Shown: in pieces, positions 1 to 10,215 of the stretch | How positions within the stretch are numbered: the first letter of the stretch is position 1 | How the letters are laid out: each line of letters opens with the position of its first letter | Assembly (NCBI GenBank): GCA_964016885.1 | Contig: OZ024742.1 | Span: forward strand, 372,001 to 436,000 | Reading direction: 5' to 3' | Length of the DNA stretch: 64,000 nt | DNA from: Eledone cirrhosa | Taxonomy: Eukaryota | The notes under the pieces: model-generated | Told to the model about the DNA's origin: nothing | What the model saw: the letters and a program-made list of their open reading frames with translations, nothing else | Databases searched by the model: none | Program-made: the position numbers and the translations under genes

Positions 1-26
1 ATATATATATATATATATATATATAT

Positions 27-140
27 AACAAAGGAAATGTGGTAAGGAACCAGGTGGACCATAACGCACCAAAGTACTCAATACTTAGGGTAGTAGAGTT
101 GGTAATAGGAACGAGTAGGACCCCGACGGCTAATTTAGAT
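27..140 (-). mobile_element. Penelope-like element terminal (pLTR 3') fragment, same family as 2516-2598 and 10011-10199
   Basis: ~110 bp shared with 2516-2598 (same orientation) and 10100-10199 (reverse complement); abuts (TA)n. Confidence 0.55.
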
Positions 141-339
141 TTAGGTTAGTTGCTTTGGACTATATTTGTAATATGGTTCTTAATGTTATATACATCCTTA
201 GTTATTCTTATTATATATTTTTATTATTTTTATTTTTATTTTTTTTATTATATATTTTTGCAAGACTTTAGTGTATGTACACTCCATATTCTTCGGAGCT
301 TCCGGCTTGTATCTGCCGATATTACTTCTTGTTGTTTTG

Positions 340-384
340 ATTGCCCTGATGAGTCCTTAATAGGACGAAACATTGTCGGCTAAT
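340..384 (+). ncRNA. Minimal type I hammerhead ribozyme, probably in a PLE pseudo-LTR
   Basis: ATTGCC (stem I) - CTGATGA (346-352) - GTCC/TTAATA/GGAC (stem II) - GAAA - CATTG-TC (minimal stem III, GTC triplet ending 377) - GGCTAAT (stem I'); AATAAA at 382-387. Confidence 0.85.
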
Positions 385-444
385 AAAAACTTTTGATGTA
401 TTAAAGGATTCTTTGTTTTACTCTCTTAATATATATATATATAA

Positions 445-2510
445 GTCAGTCTCCCCCATATCGACCCGATAGAGGGACCAGCAGTGTTAGTCGAGGGGAG
501 TATAATAAGTAAGGCAATCAAGGATATGAAGACGGGTAAGGCGGCTGGGCCTTCGGAAATAGTTGCTGAGATGCTGAAGGCATCTGGCACGGTGGGACAC
601 ACCATGGTCACCCGCATAGTTAACCAAGTCGTACAGAATGGGGTTGTTCCGAAGGACTGGCATAGCAGCATCATCGTTAACTGTTATAAGGGTAAAGGAG
701 ACGCCCTAGATAAGAGTAACTATAGAGGCATTAAATTAATCGACCAGGTCATGAAGGTCACGGAAAAAGTAATAGCGCAACTAATCAGAGAGAGAATTGA
801 CCTAGATGAAATGCAGTTCGGGTTTGTGTCAGGCAAAAGCACCACAGACGCCCTTTTCATAGTACGACAACTACAGGAGAAGTACCTAGCTAAAGGTAGA
901 CCCCTCTACTTAGCTTTTGTCGACCTGGAGAAAGCCTTCGACAGAGTCCCCCGCTCCATTATCTGGTGGGCTCTTAGAAAACTAGGCGTTGACGAATGGC
1001 TTGTGAGGGCTATACAAGCCATGTATAAAGAAACAGTCAGCAAGGTTAGAATTAACAACGAATATAGTGAAGAGTTTAGCGTAAAAGTTGGCGTCCATCA
1101 GGGCTCTGTTCTCAGCCCCCTACTATTTATTATTGCCCTTCAGGCTATAACAGAGGAGTTCAAGACAGGCTGCCCATGGGAACTCCTATACGCAGACGAC
1201 CTGACACTCATAGCGGAATCAATGGCCGAGCTAGAGAAGAAATTCCAAACATGGAAGCACGGCCTAGAGTCAAAAGGACTTAAAATTAACCTGGCTAAGA
1301 CCAAAGTTCTAGTTTGTAGGAAAGAAAACAAGGCGGCGGTCCCTTCTGGGAAATGGTCGTGCTCGGTGTGTAGGAAAGGCGTAGGTAGAAACTCCATTTT
1401 ATGTCCTAAATGCAAAGTATGGGTGCATAAAAGATGTAGTGGGATCACAGGTAAGCTAACTAAGAACATAGATTTTACATGTGGCCGGTGTTCTGGTGCA
1501 ATAAGTAGCAGCAAGTGCCCACAAAATACTAGCTCTTTCAATTGCGCAGAGGGTTCTATAGAAATAGTGGACAGCTTCCGTTACCTGGGCGATAAAATCA
1601 GCAGTGGGGGAGGGTGCTCTGAAAGTACTGTAGCTAGAGTCAGAACTGGTTGGAAAAAGTTCAGAGAGCTTATACCACTATTAGCTGCTAAAGGGTTCTC
1701 CCTAAAAATGAAAGGCAGGTTGTACGATGCCTGCATACGAACAGCAATGTTGCATGGTAGTGAGACCTGGGCATTGTGTGCAGAGGATATATGCAGACTA
1801 GAGAGGAACGAAGCTTGCATGCTCCGCTGGATGTGTAACAGTAATATACGTGAACGGCAAAGCATAAACGAACTAAGGAAAAAATTAGAGATAAGAGGGA
1901 TCAGATGTTGTTTACTCGAGAGAAGGCTACGTTGGTATGGACACGTGATGCGCATGAAAGTCGATAGCTGTATAACAAAGTGCAGGGCAATAAAGATAGA
2001 CGGTAGCCACGGAATAGGCAGACCTAGAAAAACATGGGATGAGCTGATAAACTCCGACCTCACACACTTACACCTCTCCAAGACAATGTCACTGGACCGA
2101 GACCTTTGGCGGTACTCAGTAACAGAGAAGACCCGCCTTGCCAGTAGGCATCTCTAACAAAATACACCCCGTCCCGCCACCACCCCCACCCCATCCACAC
2201 CACCCCATTCTATGTAAAGTTATGTTGGTGCCGCGCCATCCAGGCCGAAACAAATGAGATCGTGTAGGTGTCACGACAAAAAAACACACAGTCCACGCTG
2301 TAATGTGGCCGTGTAGGCAACACGGTAAAAACCTCCCAGACCCACACTGTAAATGTGGTTGGTGTTAGGAAGGGCATCCAACTGTAGAAAACCTGCCAGA
2401 CAGTCCTATGCGAGCAAGACAATCACTCTTGCCTCAAGTGGGACTACCCCCGTCCAAACCCATGCAAGCGTGGAACACGGACGTTAAACGTTGATGATGA
2501 TGATGATGAT
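445..2510 (+). mobile_element. RTE-clade LINE family A, 5'-truncated
   Basis: RT ORF 484-2157, ~330 bp 3'UTR, (GAT)n tail, (TA)n on both sides. Confidence 0.92.
484..2157 (+). CDS. Reverse transcriptase of RTE-A (partial ORF, PHD-like finger inserted)
   Basis: [56 protein letters not shown]; CSVC..CPKC..WVHKRC..CGRC insert. Confidence 0.9.
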   Translation: MLVEGSIISKAIKDMKTGKAAGPSEIVAEMLKASGTVGHTMVTRIVNQVVQNGVVPKDWHSSIIVNCYKGKGDALDKSNYRGIKLIDQVMKVTEKVIAQLIRERIDLDEMQFGFVSGKSTTDALFIVRQLQEKYLAKGRPLYLAFVDLEKAFDRVPRSIIWWALRKLGVDEWLVRAIQAMYKETVSKVRINNEYSEEFSVKVGVHQGSVLSPLLFIIALQAITEEFKTGCPWELLYADDLTLIAESMAELEKKFQTWKHGLESKGLKINLAKTKVLVCRKENKAAVPSGKWSCSVCRKGVGRNSILCPKCKVWVHKRCSGITGKLTKNIDFTCGRCSGAISSSKCPQNTSSFNCAEGSIEIVDSFRYLGDKISSGGGCSESTVARVRTGWKKFRELIPLLAAKGFSLKMKGRLYDACIRTAMLHGSETWALCAEDICRLERNEACMLRWMCNSNIRERQSINELRKKLEIRGIRCCLLERRLRWYGHVMRMKVDSCITKCRAIKIDGSHGIGRPRKTWDELINSDLTHLHLSKTMSLDRDLWRYSVTEKTRLASRHL

Positions 2511-2515
2511 ATATA

Positions 2516-2780
2516 TAACGAAGGAGGTTTGGTAAGGAACCAGATGGACCATAACGCACCAGAGTACTCAATACTTAGGGTAGTAGAGTGGGTAATAGTT
2601 CTAGTCCTGTAGAAGCCATTTCTGTATATATATATATAGGAAAATGTTTAACCCCGACGACAGAGCTCAAGCTCGATGGCTATTTCTGGGTCCAGAAATA
2701 GTGGCTTGAGCTCTGCCATCGGGGTTAAACATTTTCCTATATATATATATACAGAAATGGCTTCTACAGGACTAGAACTG
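2516..2780. mobile_element. PLE terminal fragment with foldback (inverted repeat 2597-2780)
   Basis: AGTTCTAGTCCTGTAGAAGCCATTTCTG...GAGCTCAAGC and its reverse complement; centre CTATTTCTGG-GT-CCAGAAATAG. Confidence 0.6.
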
Positions 2781-2794
2781 TTTATATATACAAA

Positions 2795-2934
2795 AAAGGT
2801 GAGAACTGATCTCAGATCACTAAAGTTCATGAAGGAGAAGTTACCAAAGGAATGTGATGAGAGATGCTGTACTGAGAAGGGCCTGTACAACCCATGTAAG
2901 CATAGAACAACAGATGTAAAATGATGATGATGAT
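2795..2934 (+). pseudogene. Old RTE (family C-like) 3' end
   Basis: VRTDLRSLK-like peptide and GATGTAAAA(TGA)n tail. Confidence 0.65.
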
Positions 2935-3147
2935 ATATATTATACCAATTATGGATCATTTAGGTGCTATTGGCCAATAATTTTAGATTTTCACTGAGTC
3001 AAGTTCAACACCTCGAGTCAAGTTCAACACCTCATGCTAATATTGACTCCATTTTGTAATGTTTAGCGGTTTTTTTCCCTTCAAGCGTGAACAAGTTCCA
3101 AAAGAGAAGAAGAAAAATAAACATTCTCTTTTGGAACAGAGGGAAAC

Positions 3148-3337
3148 CTAATCTGAAGCCATGTAGTTGTGAAGCAAACTGTTTAACCATACAACTGTAT
3201 GTGTGTAAATGATGAGCATCTGCAATGTTTTCATCAAGCAAATCTCATTGTTCACCTCAAGATTCCACCTGACAGTAGGACCAAGTCTGAAACCATGTGG
3301 CTGTGATGTGAACCTTTTAACCACACAGTTATGCCTG
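3148..3337 (-). mobile_element. Two degenerate tRNA-derived SINE heads
   Basis: Reverse complements resemble GGCTGTGTGGTTAA...TTCACAACCACATGGTTTCAG, the head seen at 21357-21512. Confidence 0.5.
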
Positions 3338-3607
3338 CTGCTCCTTTTAAACTTTCTTTCCTTAATCTGTTCTTTATGGAAACAATTACAAAGGTAAATG
3401 TATATGTATATCAACAAAGAGAAGTAATAAAAAGTTGCTAGTTGGGTAGTGGTAGTTAACTTGTGTAGAAAGATGAAGTTGTAGAAATAAAAGTAGTACA
3501 AGGTAAATAAAGCAATCTTGTTTAGCATTTATGTAAACACAATGTACACAGGTCCAGTCTTGATCTCTTATCAAATATTGTTGGACTTGATAAATATCTA
3601 CATAGAA

Positions 3608-3835
3608 GAGGAAGTGGTGGTGGTTGAGGAGGAGGAGGAGGAAGTGGTGGTGGTTGAGGAGGAAGTGGTGTTGGTGGGGTGGAGGAAGTGGTGTTGGTGG
3701 CAGCAATGGTGGTAATGTTGGTAGCAGTATGTTGGAAGAAAAGGTGGTGGTCATTTGTGGTGGTGGCAGTGATGAAGGTCGTGGTGGTGGTGGAGGAAGA
3801 TGAGTTGGTAGGTAGTGTGGTGGTATTGGTGTTGG
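3608..3835. repeat. (GTG/GAG)n low-complexity tract
   Basis: direct inspection. Confidence 0.85.
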
Positions 3836-4000
3836 GGGCAGTACAGAAAATAAATAGTTTGTGAGAGAGAGAGTTTACAGGATGAAGATTTTTATATAAT
3901 GTGTCAAACTTTGCTGTCATATACATATGGTTTCCTCTCGCATAAGTATAAAAATGTAGCAAAGTTAAACATATATATAATAATAAATATTTATGCTAGA

Positions 4001-4030
<30 letters not shown>

Positions 4031-4031
<1 letters not shown>

Positions 4032-4188
4032 TACAGCCCTTTCTAGCAGGGAAAACAGACATTAAATGATAATATATACATATATATATAAATATAATAT
4101 ACACACACACACACACACACACATACAGCCCTTTCTGGCAGGGAAAACAGACATTAAATGATAATATATACATATATATATAAATATA

Positions 4189-4219
<31 letters not shown>

Positions 4220-4285
4220 TACAGCCCTTGCTAGCAGGGAAAACAGACATTAAATGATAATATATACATATATATATATAAATAT
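4031..4285 (+). repeat. Three tandem copies (~90 bp) of an RTE 3'-tail remnant plus (CA)/(TA) microsatellite
   Basis: CAGCCCTT..TAGCAGGGAAAACAGACATTAAATGAT x3, similar to RTE-C terminus CCCTTGCAAGCAGGGAAAAGCGGACGTAAAATGAT. Confidence 0.7.
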
Positions 4286-4545
4286 ATAAATGCAGGCCGT
4301 CTATGAATCAAGTCTATTCTGTTTATGTTTGCCGTAAACCTGTAGTTGATTATTTAATCTTTTGCAATTTACATCCGATGACATCACCAAAGTCTTACGT
4401 CATGATCTGAAGATGTAACCAGGCCAGAGAAATACGTATTATGATTTTGTAGCATTAAAAAAATATTTGGAATCCATCCTTATGTTGTCCTACACACACA
4501 CACTAAAGAACAAATGATTTCTCCTGCTCTTCCTTTCATTGAGCC

Positions 4546-6139
4546 TCCTTGTGAGGCAATTACAGGAAAAGTACCTAGCTAAAAGTAAGCCACTCTACTT
4601 GGCATTTGTCGACCTTGAGAAAGCCTTTGACAGAGTTCCACGTGCAGTAATCTGGTGGGCTCTTAGAAAACTAGGAGTAGATGAATGGCTTGTGAAAGCG
4701 GTACAAGCCATGTATAGGGGAGCAGTCAGCAAAGTTAGGATTGGCAATGAGTATAGCGAGGAATTTAGCGTACAGGTTGGGGTCCACCAGGGCTCTGTTC
4801 TTAGCCCTCTCCTGTTCATCATAGTCCTGCAAGCAATAACGGAGGAGTTTAAGACCGGATGCCCATGGGAACTCCTGTATGCTGATGACCTCGCACTCAT
4901 AGCTGAATCTATGGTAGAACTAGAGAATAAGTTCCAAACCTGGAAGCAGGGACTAGAGAGAAAGGGCCTCAAAGTCAACATGACAAAGACTAAGGTCCTT
5001 ATAAGTAGACGAGAAAACAGAACCCAGATCCCCTCAGGGAAATGGCCTTGCTCAGTATGTAGGAAAGGTGTAGGTAGGAACTCCATTCTCTGCCCCAAAT
5101 GCAAACAATGGGTACACAAGAGATGTAGCGGGATCTCAGGAAGCTTAATTAAGAATGTAGGATTCACATGCAGCAGCTGTGCTGAAACAGCAAGCAAACA
5201 GCCACAGGAAACAAGTACCACCAATCTCTGGGAGGGCCCTGTAGAAACAGTAGACAGCTTCTGCTACCTAGGTGACCGAATTAGCAACGGAGGTGGGTGC
5301 TCAGAAAGTACAATAACTAGGGTAAGAACGGGATGGAAGAAGTTTAGGGAACTACTACCACTGCTAGCTGCAAAAGGCTTCTCCCTCAGAATGAAAGGCA
5401 GACTGTATGATGCGTGTATCCGAACAGCGATGTTGCATGGTAGTGAGACCTGGGCGCTGAAGGTGGAAGACTTACGTAGATTAGAGAGAAACGAAGCCTG
5501 CATGCTCCGATGGATGTGTAACAGTAATATACGTGAACGACAAAGCATAAAGGAATTGAGAGAGAGACTGAGCATAAGAGGAATCAAATGCTGCGTGCAG
5601 GAGAGGCGGTTACGCTGGTATGGACATGTGATGCGTATGAAGGATGACAGCTGCATAAAAAGGTGCAGAGCACTAGAAGTTGATGGAAACCGCGGAGTGG
5701 GGAGACCCAAGATGACTTGGGATGAGGTGATAAAAGCCGACCTTACCCAACTACACCTCTCAAAGTAAATGACACACGACCGTGACTTCTGGCGTCACGC
5801 AGTAATACAGGGTACCCGACCTCCCATGGGTACATGCTGAAGCATATAAACAATATGCCCCCCCCCCCACCGCAAGGTGGTCGTGGAGGTGCCACGGCAA
5901 AAAAGCACCCAGCCCACACTGTAAAGTGGACGTGTAGGCGCCACGAAAAAGCACCCAGCACTCACTGTAAATGAGGTTGGTGTTAGGAAGGGCATCCAGC
6001 TGTAGAAATCAAGCCAGATCAGTTCCTGTATGAGCAAGGCATGGTCAGCCGACCAGACACTGCCCACAACAGGACAACCCGTCTAACCCATGCTAGCGTG
6101 GAAGAACGGACGTAAAACGGTGATGATGATGATGATGAT
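4546..6139 (+). mobile_element. RTE-clade LINE family B, 5'-truncated; premature stop at 5766-5768
   Basis: RT ORF 4539-5768 nearly identical to the 10632-12701 and 26205-27446 copies; 3'UTR and (GAT)n tail. Confidence 0.92.
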
Positions 6140-6802
6140 TATCTCTTTATAAAGGAGATAAAATAAAAAACGTCTTGTTTGTAAATCGATTGTTGTGACC
6201 TTTTGTTTGTCTGTTTTATATCTGTTTTATTGGTTCTTTAGCGATATTCTGTTTTATATCTGTTTTATTAGTTTGGCGTGATATTTCTGTTTTATGTGTT
6301 ATTCTGTTTATATCTGTTTTATTTGTTATTCTGTATATTTCTGTTTTATAATTGTTTTATTTGTTATTTAGTGGATTATTTAACTACCTAACAAACAAAA
6401 TTGTTAGAGTGTCAACGAATGTATAATAATGTATACATGTATGCAAATGTATGTTTATTGATGTGTATACATATATATATATGAATGTATATATATATTG
6501 ATGTATACATGCCAATGCATGTATAAGGATGCACGTATATCTTTGTATATATATTGATATATACATGTATATAAATGTATATTGATGTAGACATGTCAAT
6601 GTGAGTATGAATGAATGAATGTGTCAATGTATGTGTATATGTATGAATGTAGGTATGCCAATGTATATGTATGAATGTACCATACATATTCATGTATAAG
6701 TTACATCTTTCAACTATAAAAACAGGATATAAAACCAATATGTGACTTTACTGAACCTACAAAACCTCAATTCAAATCAAGTATAGAGCCATAAATTGTT
6801 CT

Positions 6803-8598
6803 CTCTACAACAGAAGTAACTTTACCACAACATATAACTGAGTGTATACAGTAGTTCTATCTACAACAGAAGTGACTTTACCACAACATATAACTGAGTG
6901 TATACAGTAGTTCTATCTACAATAGAAGTGACTTTACCACAACATATAACTGAGTGTATACAGTAGTTCTATCTACAATAGAAGTGACTTTACCACAACA
7001 TATAACTGAGTGTATACAGTAGTTCTATCTACAACAGAAGTAACTTTACCACAACATATAACTGAGTGTATACAGTAATTCTATTTACAACAGAAGTGAC
7101 TTTACCACAACATATAACTGAGTCTATACAGTAGTTCTATCTACAATAGAAGTGACTTTACCACAACATATAACTGAGTGTATACAGTAGTTCTATCTAC
7201 AACAGAAGTGACTTTACCACAACATATAACTGAGTGTATACAGTAGTTCTATCTACAACAGAAGTGACTTTACCACAACATATAACTGAGTGTATACAGT
7301 AGTTCTATCTACAATAGAAGTGACTTTACCACAACATATAACTGAGTGTATACAGTAGTTCTATCTACAATAGAAGTGACTTTACCACAACATATAACTG
7401 AGTGTATACAGTAGTTCTATCTACAACAGAAGTGACTTTACCACAACATATAACTGAGTGTATACAGTAGTTCTATCTACAATAGAAGTGACTTTACCAC
7501 AACATATAACTGAGTGTATACAGTAGTTCTATCTACAATAGAAGTGACTTTACCACAACATATAACTGAGTGTATACAGTAGTTCTATCTACAATAGAAG
7601 TGACTTTACCACAACATATAACTGAGTGTATACAGTAGTTCTATCTACAACAGAAGTGACTTTACCACAACATATAACTGAGTGTATACAGTAGTTCTAT
7701 CTACAACAGAAGTGACTTTACCACAACATATAACTGAGTGTATACAGTAGTTCTATCTACAACAGAAGTGACTTTACCACAACATATAACTGAGTGTATA
7801 CAGTAGTTCTATCTACAACAGAAGTGACTTTACCACAACATATAACTGAGTCTATACAGTAGTTCTATCTACAATAGAAGTGACTTTACCACAACATATA
7901 ACTGAGTCTATACAGTAGTTCTATCTACAATAGAAGTGACTTTACCACAACATATAACTGAGTGTATACAGTAGTTCTATCTACAATAGAAGTGACTTTA
8001 CCACAACATATAACTGAGTGTATACAGTAGTTCTCTCTACAACAGAAGTGACTTTACCACAACATATAACTGAGTGTATACACTAGTTCTATCTACAATA
8101 GAAGTGACTTTACCACAACATATAACTGAGTGTATACAGTAGTTCTATCTACAATAGAAGTGACTTTACCACAACATATAACTGAGTGTATACAGTAGTT
8201 CTATCTACAACAGAAGTGACTTTACCACAACATATAACTGAGTGTATACACTAGTTCTATCTACAATAGAAGTGACTTTACCACAACATATAACTGAGTG
8301 TATACAGTAGTTCTATCTACAACAGAAGTGACTTTACCACAACATATAACTGAGTGTATACAGTAGTTCTCTCTACAACAGAAGTGACTTTACCACAACA
8401 TATAACTGAGTGTATACAGTAGTTCTATCTACAATAGAAGTGACTTTACCACAACATATAACTGAGTGTATACAGTAGTTCTATCTACAATAGAAGTGAC
8501 TTTACCACAACATATAACTGAGTGTATACAGTAGTTCTCTCTACAACAGAAGTGACTTTACCACAACATATAACAGTGTATACACTAGTTTTAGCTAC
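6803..8598. repeat. 56-bp minisatellite, ~32 copies
   Basis: unit CTACAAYAGAAGTGACTTTACCACAACATATAACTGAGTGTATACAGTAGTTCTAT; period checked 6861 to 6917. Confidence 0.95.
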
Positions 8599-9079
8599 AG
8601 CTGAACTTAGAGATTTAAAAAGCTTAATAAATTCCAAAATAGCATCCAGCTTTTATCAGTGTAACTAAACTGGAAGAAGCAGATATTCCCCGTTAATCTC
8701 ATTATACCTTATAACTGACCTCAATAATTAAGTAAATCTACAGATAATCATTTCTGATTTCACAGAATGAAAGCTTTTTAATTGACGGCTAACACTAATC
8801 CACCATCTTATACATACATACCATTAACTCTTAATGTCCTCTACCACATCAAACCACATTAGCAAGACATTATTGAAAAGTACAAAACAACAATATGATT
8901 GCATCACATTAAACATGTTTTTACATTAGTTTATGGCAGATTTTCACAACAATCTGTCCACTAGTAAATATACTATAAACATTTCAATTAAACCCATTTT
9001 TAGATAATTTCTACTAAATCATTATGGGATACTCAGTGTTCAATAACAGCTTTATTTTCAGAAAATAACATTTTGTAAC

Positions 9080-9290
9080 ATTTGGTAGGGTCATGTTGCC
9101 AATAAAAACATGCATCTGTTGGATTTTACTTGATCTTATTATTATTTCCCAGTTAGTTTAATAACTGGATGGTTGTTCCAACAACTAGACAACCATTCGG
9201 TCATTAAACTAACTGATCAGGAAATTATAATAAATTGAAGTGAAACCCAAAAGTGCATGTGTTTTTATTGGCAACATGACCCTACCAAAT
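9080..9290. mobile_element. Foldback / MITE-like palindrome (~210 bp)
   Basis: ATTTGGTAGGGTCATGTTGCCAATAAAAACA ... TGTTTTTATTGGCAACATGACCCTACCAAAT; imperfect inner arms CAGTTAGTTTAAT...ATTAAACTAACTG. Confidence 0.7.
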
Positions 9291-9553
9291 TATAACAATA
9301 TCTGTTTCAACACATTTTCATATAAAAAAAATCTTGCAAAACAATTTTAAAAAATGTGTACTATTATTTTTGGAAAATATGATTGCATCATGTTAAAAAT
9401 TGAAATATTTAATATTACAAATTTTGACAATCTGTCCACTAGTAAAGATACTATTAACATTTGAATAACCAAACACATTTTTGGATATTTTCTGCTAAAT
9501 CATTCCAAGATGTTATGGGAGTTAAATTATCTCTCATATATATATGTATATAT

Positions 9554-9640
9554 AAGCTCACGGAGGAGATGACGAAGGACCGTGACAAGTGGGGAGATGC
9601 AAGCAGGGAAAAGTGGACGTAAAATGATGATGACGATTAT
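9554..9640 (+). pseudogene. RTE-C 3' terminus with internal deletion
   Basis: matches 25301-25403 with a ~30 bp deletion. Confidence 0.7.
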
Positions 9641-9644
9641 TATA

Positions 9645-9999
9645 TCATCATTTCACTTCATCATTTCATTTTACGTCCACTTTTTCACTGCTTGCAAGGG
9701 TGGGACGAGAACCGATTCTGGCTTGATTTCTACAGCTGGGTGCCCTTCCTCACACCAACCTCATTTACAGTGAGTGCTGAGTGCTTTTTTGCCGTGGCAC
9801 CTCCACGACCGCTTTACAGTGGAATGATAGGGACCTTAGTCCCTGGTCCCTATCATCTCATTTCTACAGCTGAGTAAACTGGAGCAATGTGAAATAAAGT
9901 GTCTTGTCCAAGGAAACAACACACCGCCCGGTCTGAGAATTGAACTCACAATCTTTCGATTACAAGGCCAATGCTCTAACCACTAAGCCATGTGCCTCC
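9645..9999 (-). mobile_element. tRNA-derived chimeric SINE (RTE-B 3'UTR-like body, RTE-C tail)
   Basis: reverse complement of 13007-13345; 5' end GGAGGCACATGGCTTAGTGG. Confidence 0.85.
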
Positions 10000-10010
10000 A
10001 TATATATATA

Positions 10011-10199
10011 TAGGAACCAGTAAGACCCCGACGGCTGAGCTCAAGCCGTTTCGACGGCTAATTCCAGAATTAGCCGTCGAAACGGCTTGAGCTCAGCCGT
10101 CGGGGTCTTACTGGTTCCTATTACCCACTCTACTACCCCAAGTATTGAGTACTTTGGAGCGTTATGGTCCACCTGGTTCCTTACCACATTTCCTTCGTT
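10011..10199 (+). mobile_element. PLE terminal fragment: hammerhead 3' half plus perfect foldback 10011-10120
   Basis: GACGGCTAATT-CCAG-AATTAGCCGTC hairpin, then GAAA-CGGCT..AGCCG-TC-GGGGTC; left arm is the exact reverse complement of the right. Confidence 0.65.
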
Positions 10200-10215
10200 A
10201 TATATATATATATAT

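Noticed and set aside
1140-2081. Antisense ORFs recurring opposite RTE RT copies
   Set aside because: Shadow ORFs repeated because the copies are homologous; no recognisable motifs
6803-8598. 56-bp array as CRISPR or ribozyme array
   Set aside because: Contiguous units with no unique spacers, no cas genes, and no CTGANGA/GAAA core seen on either strand
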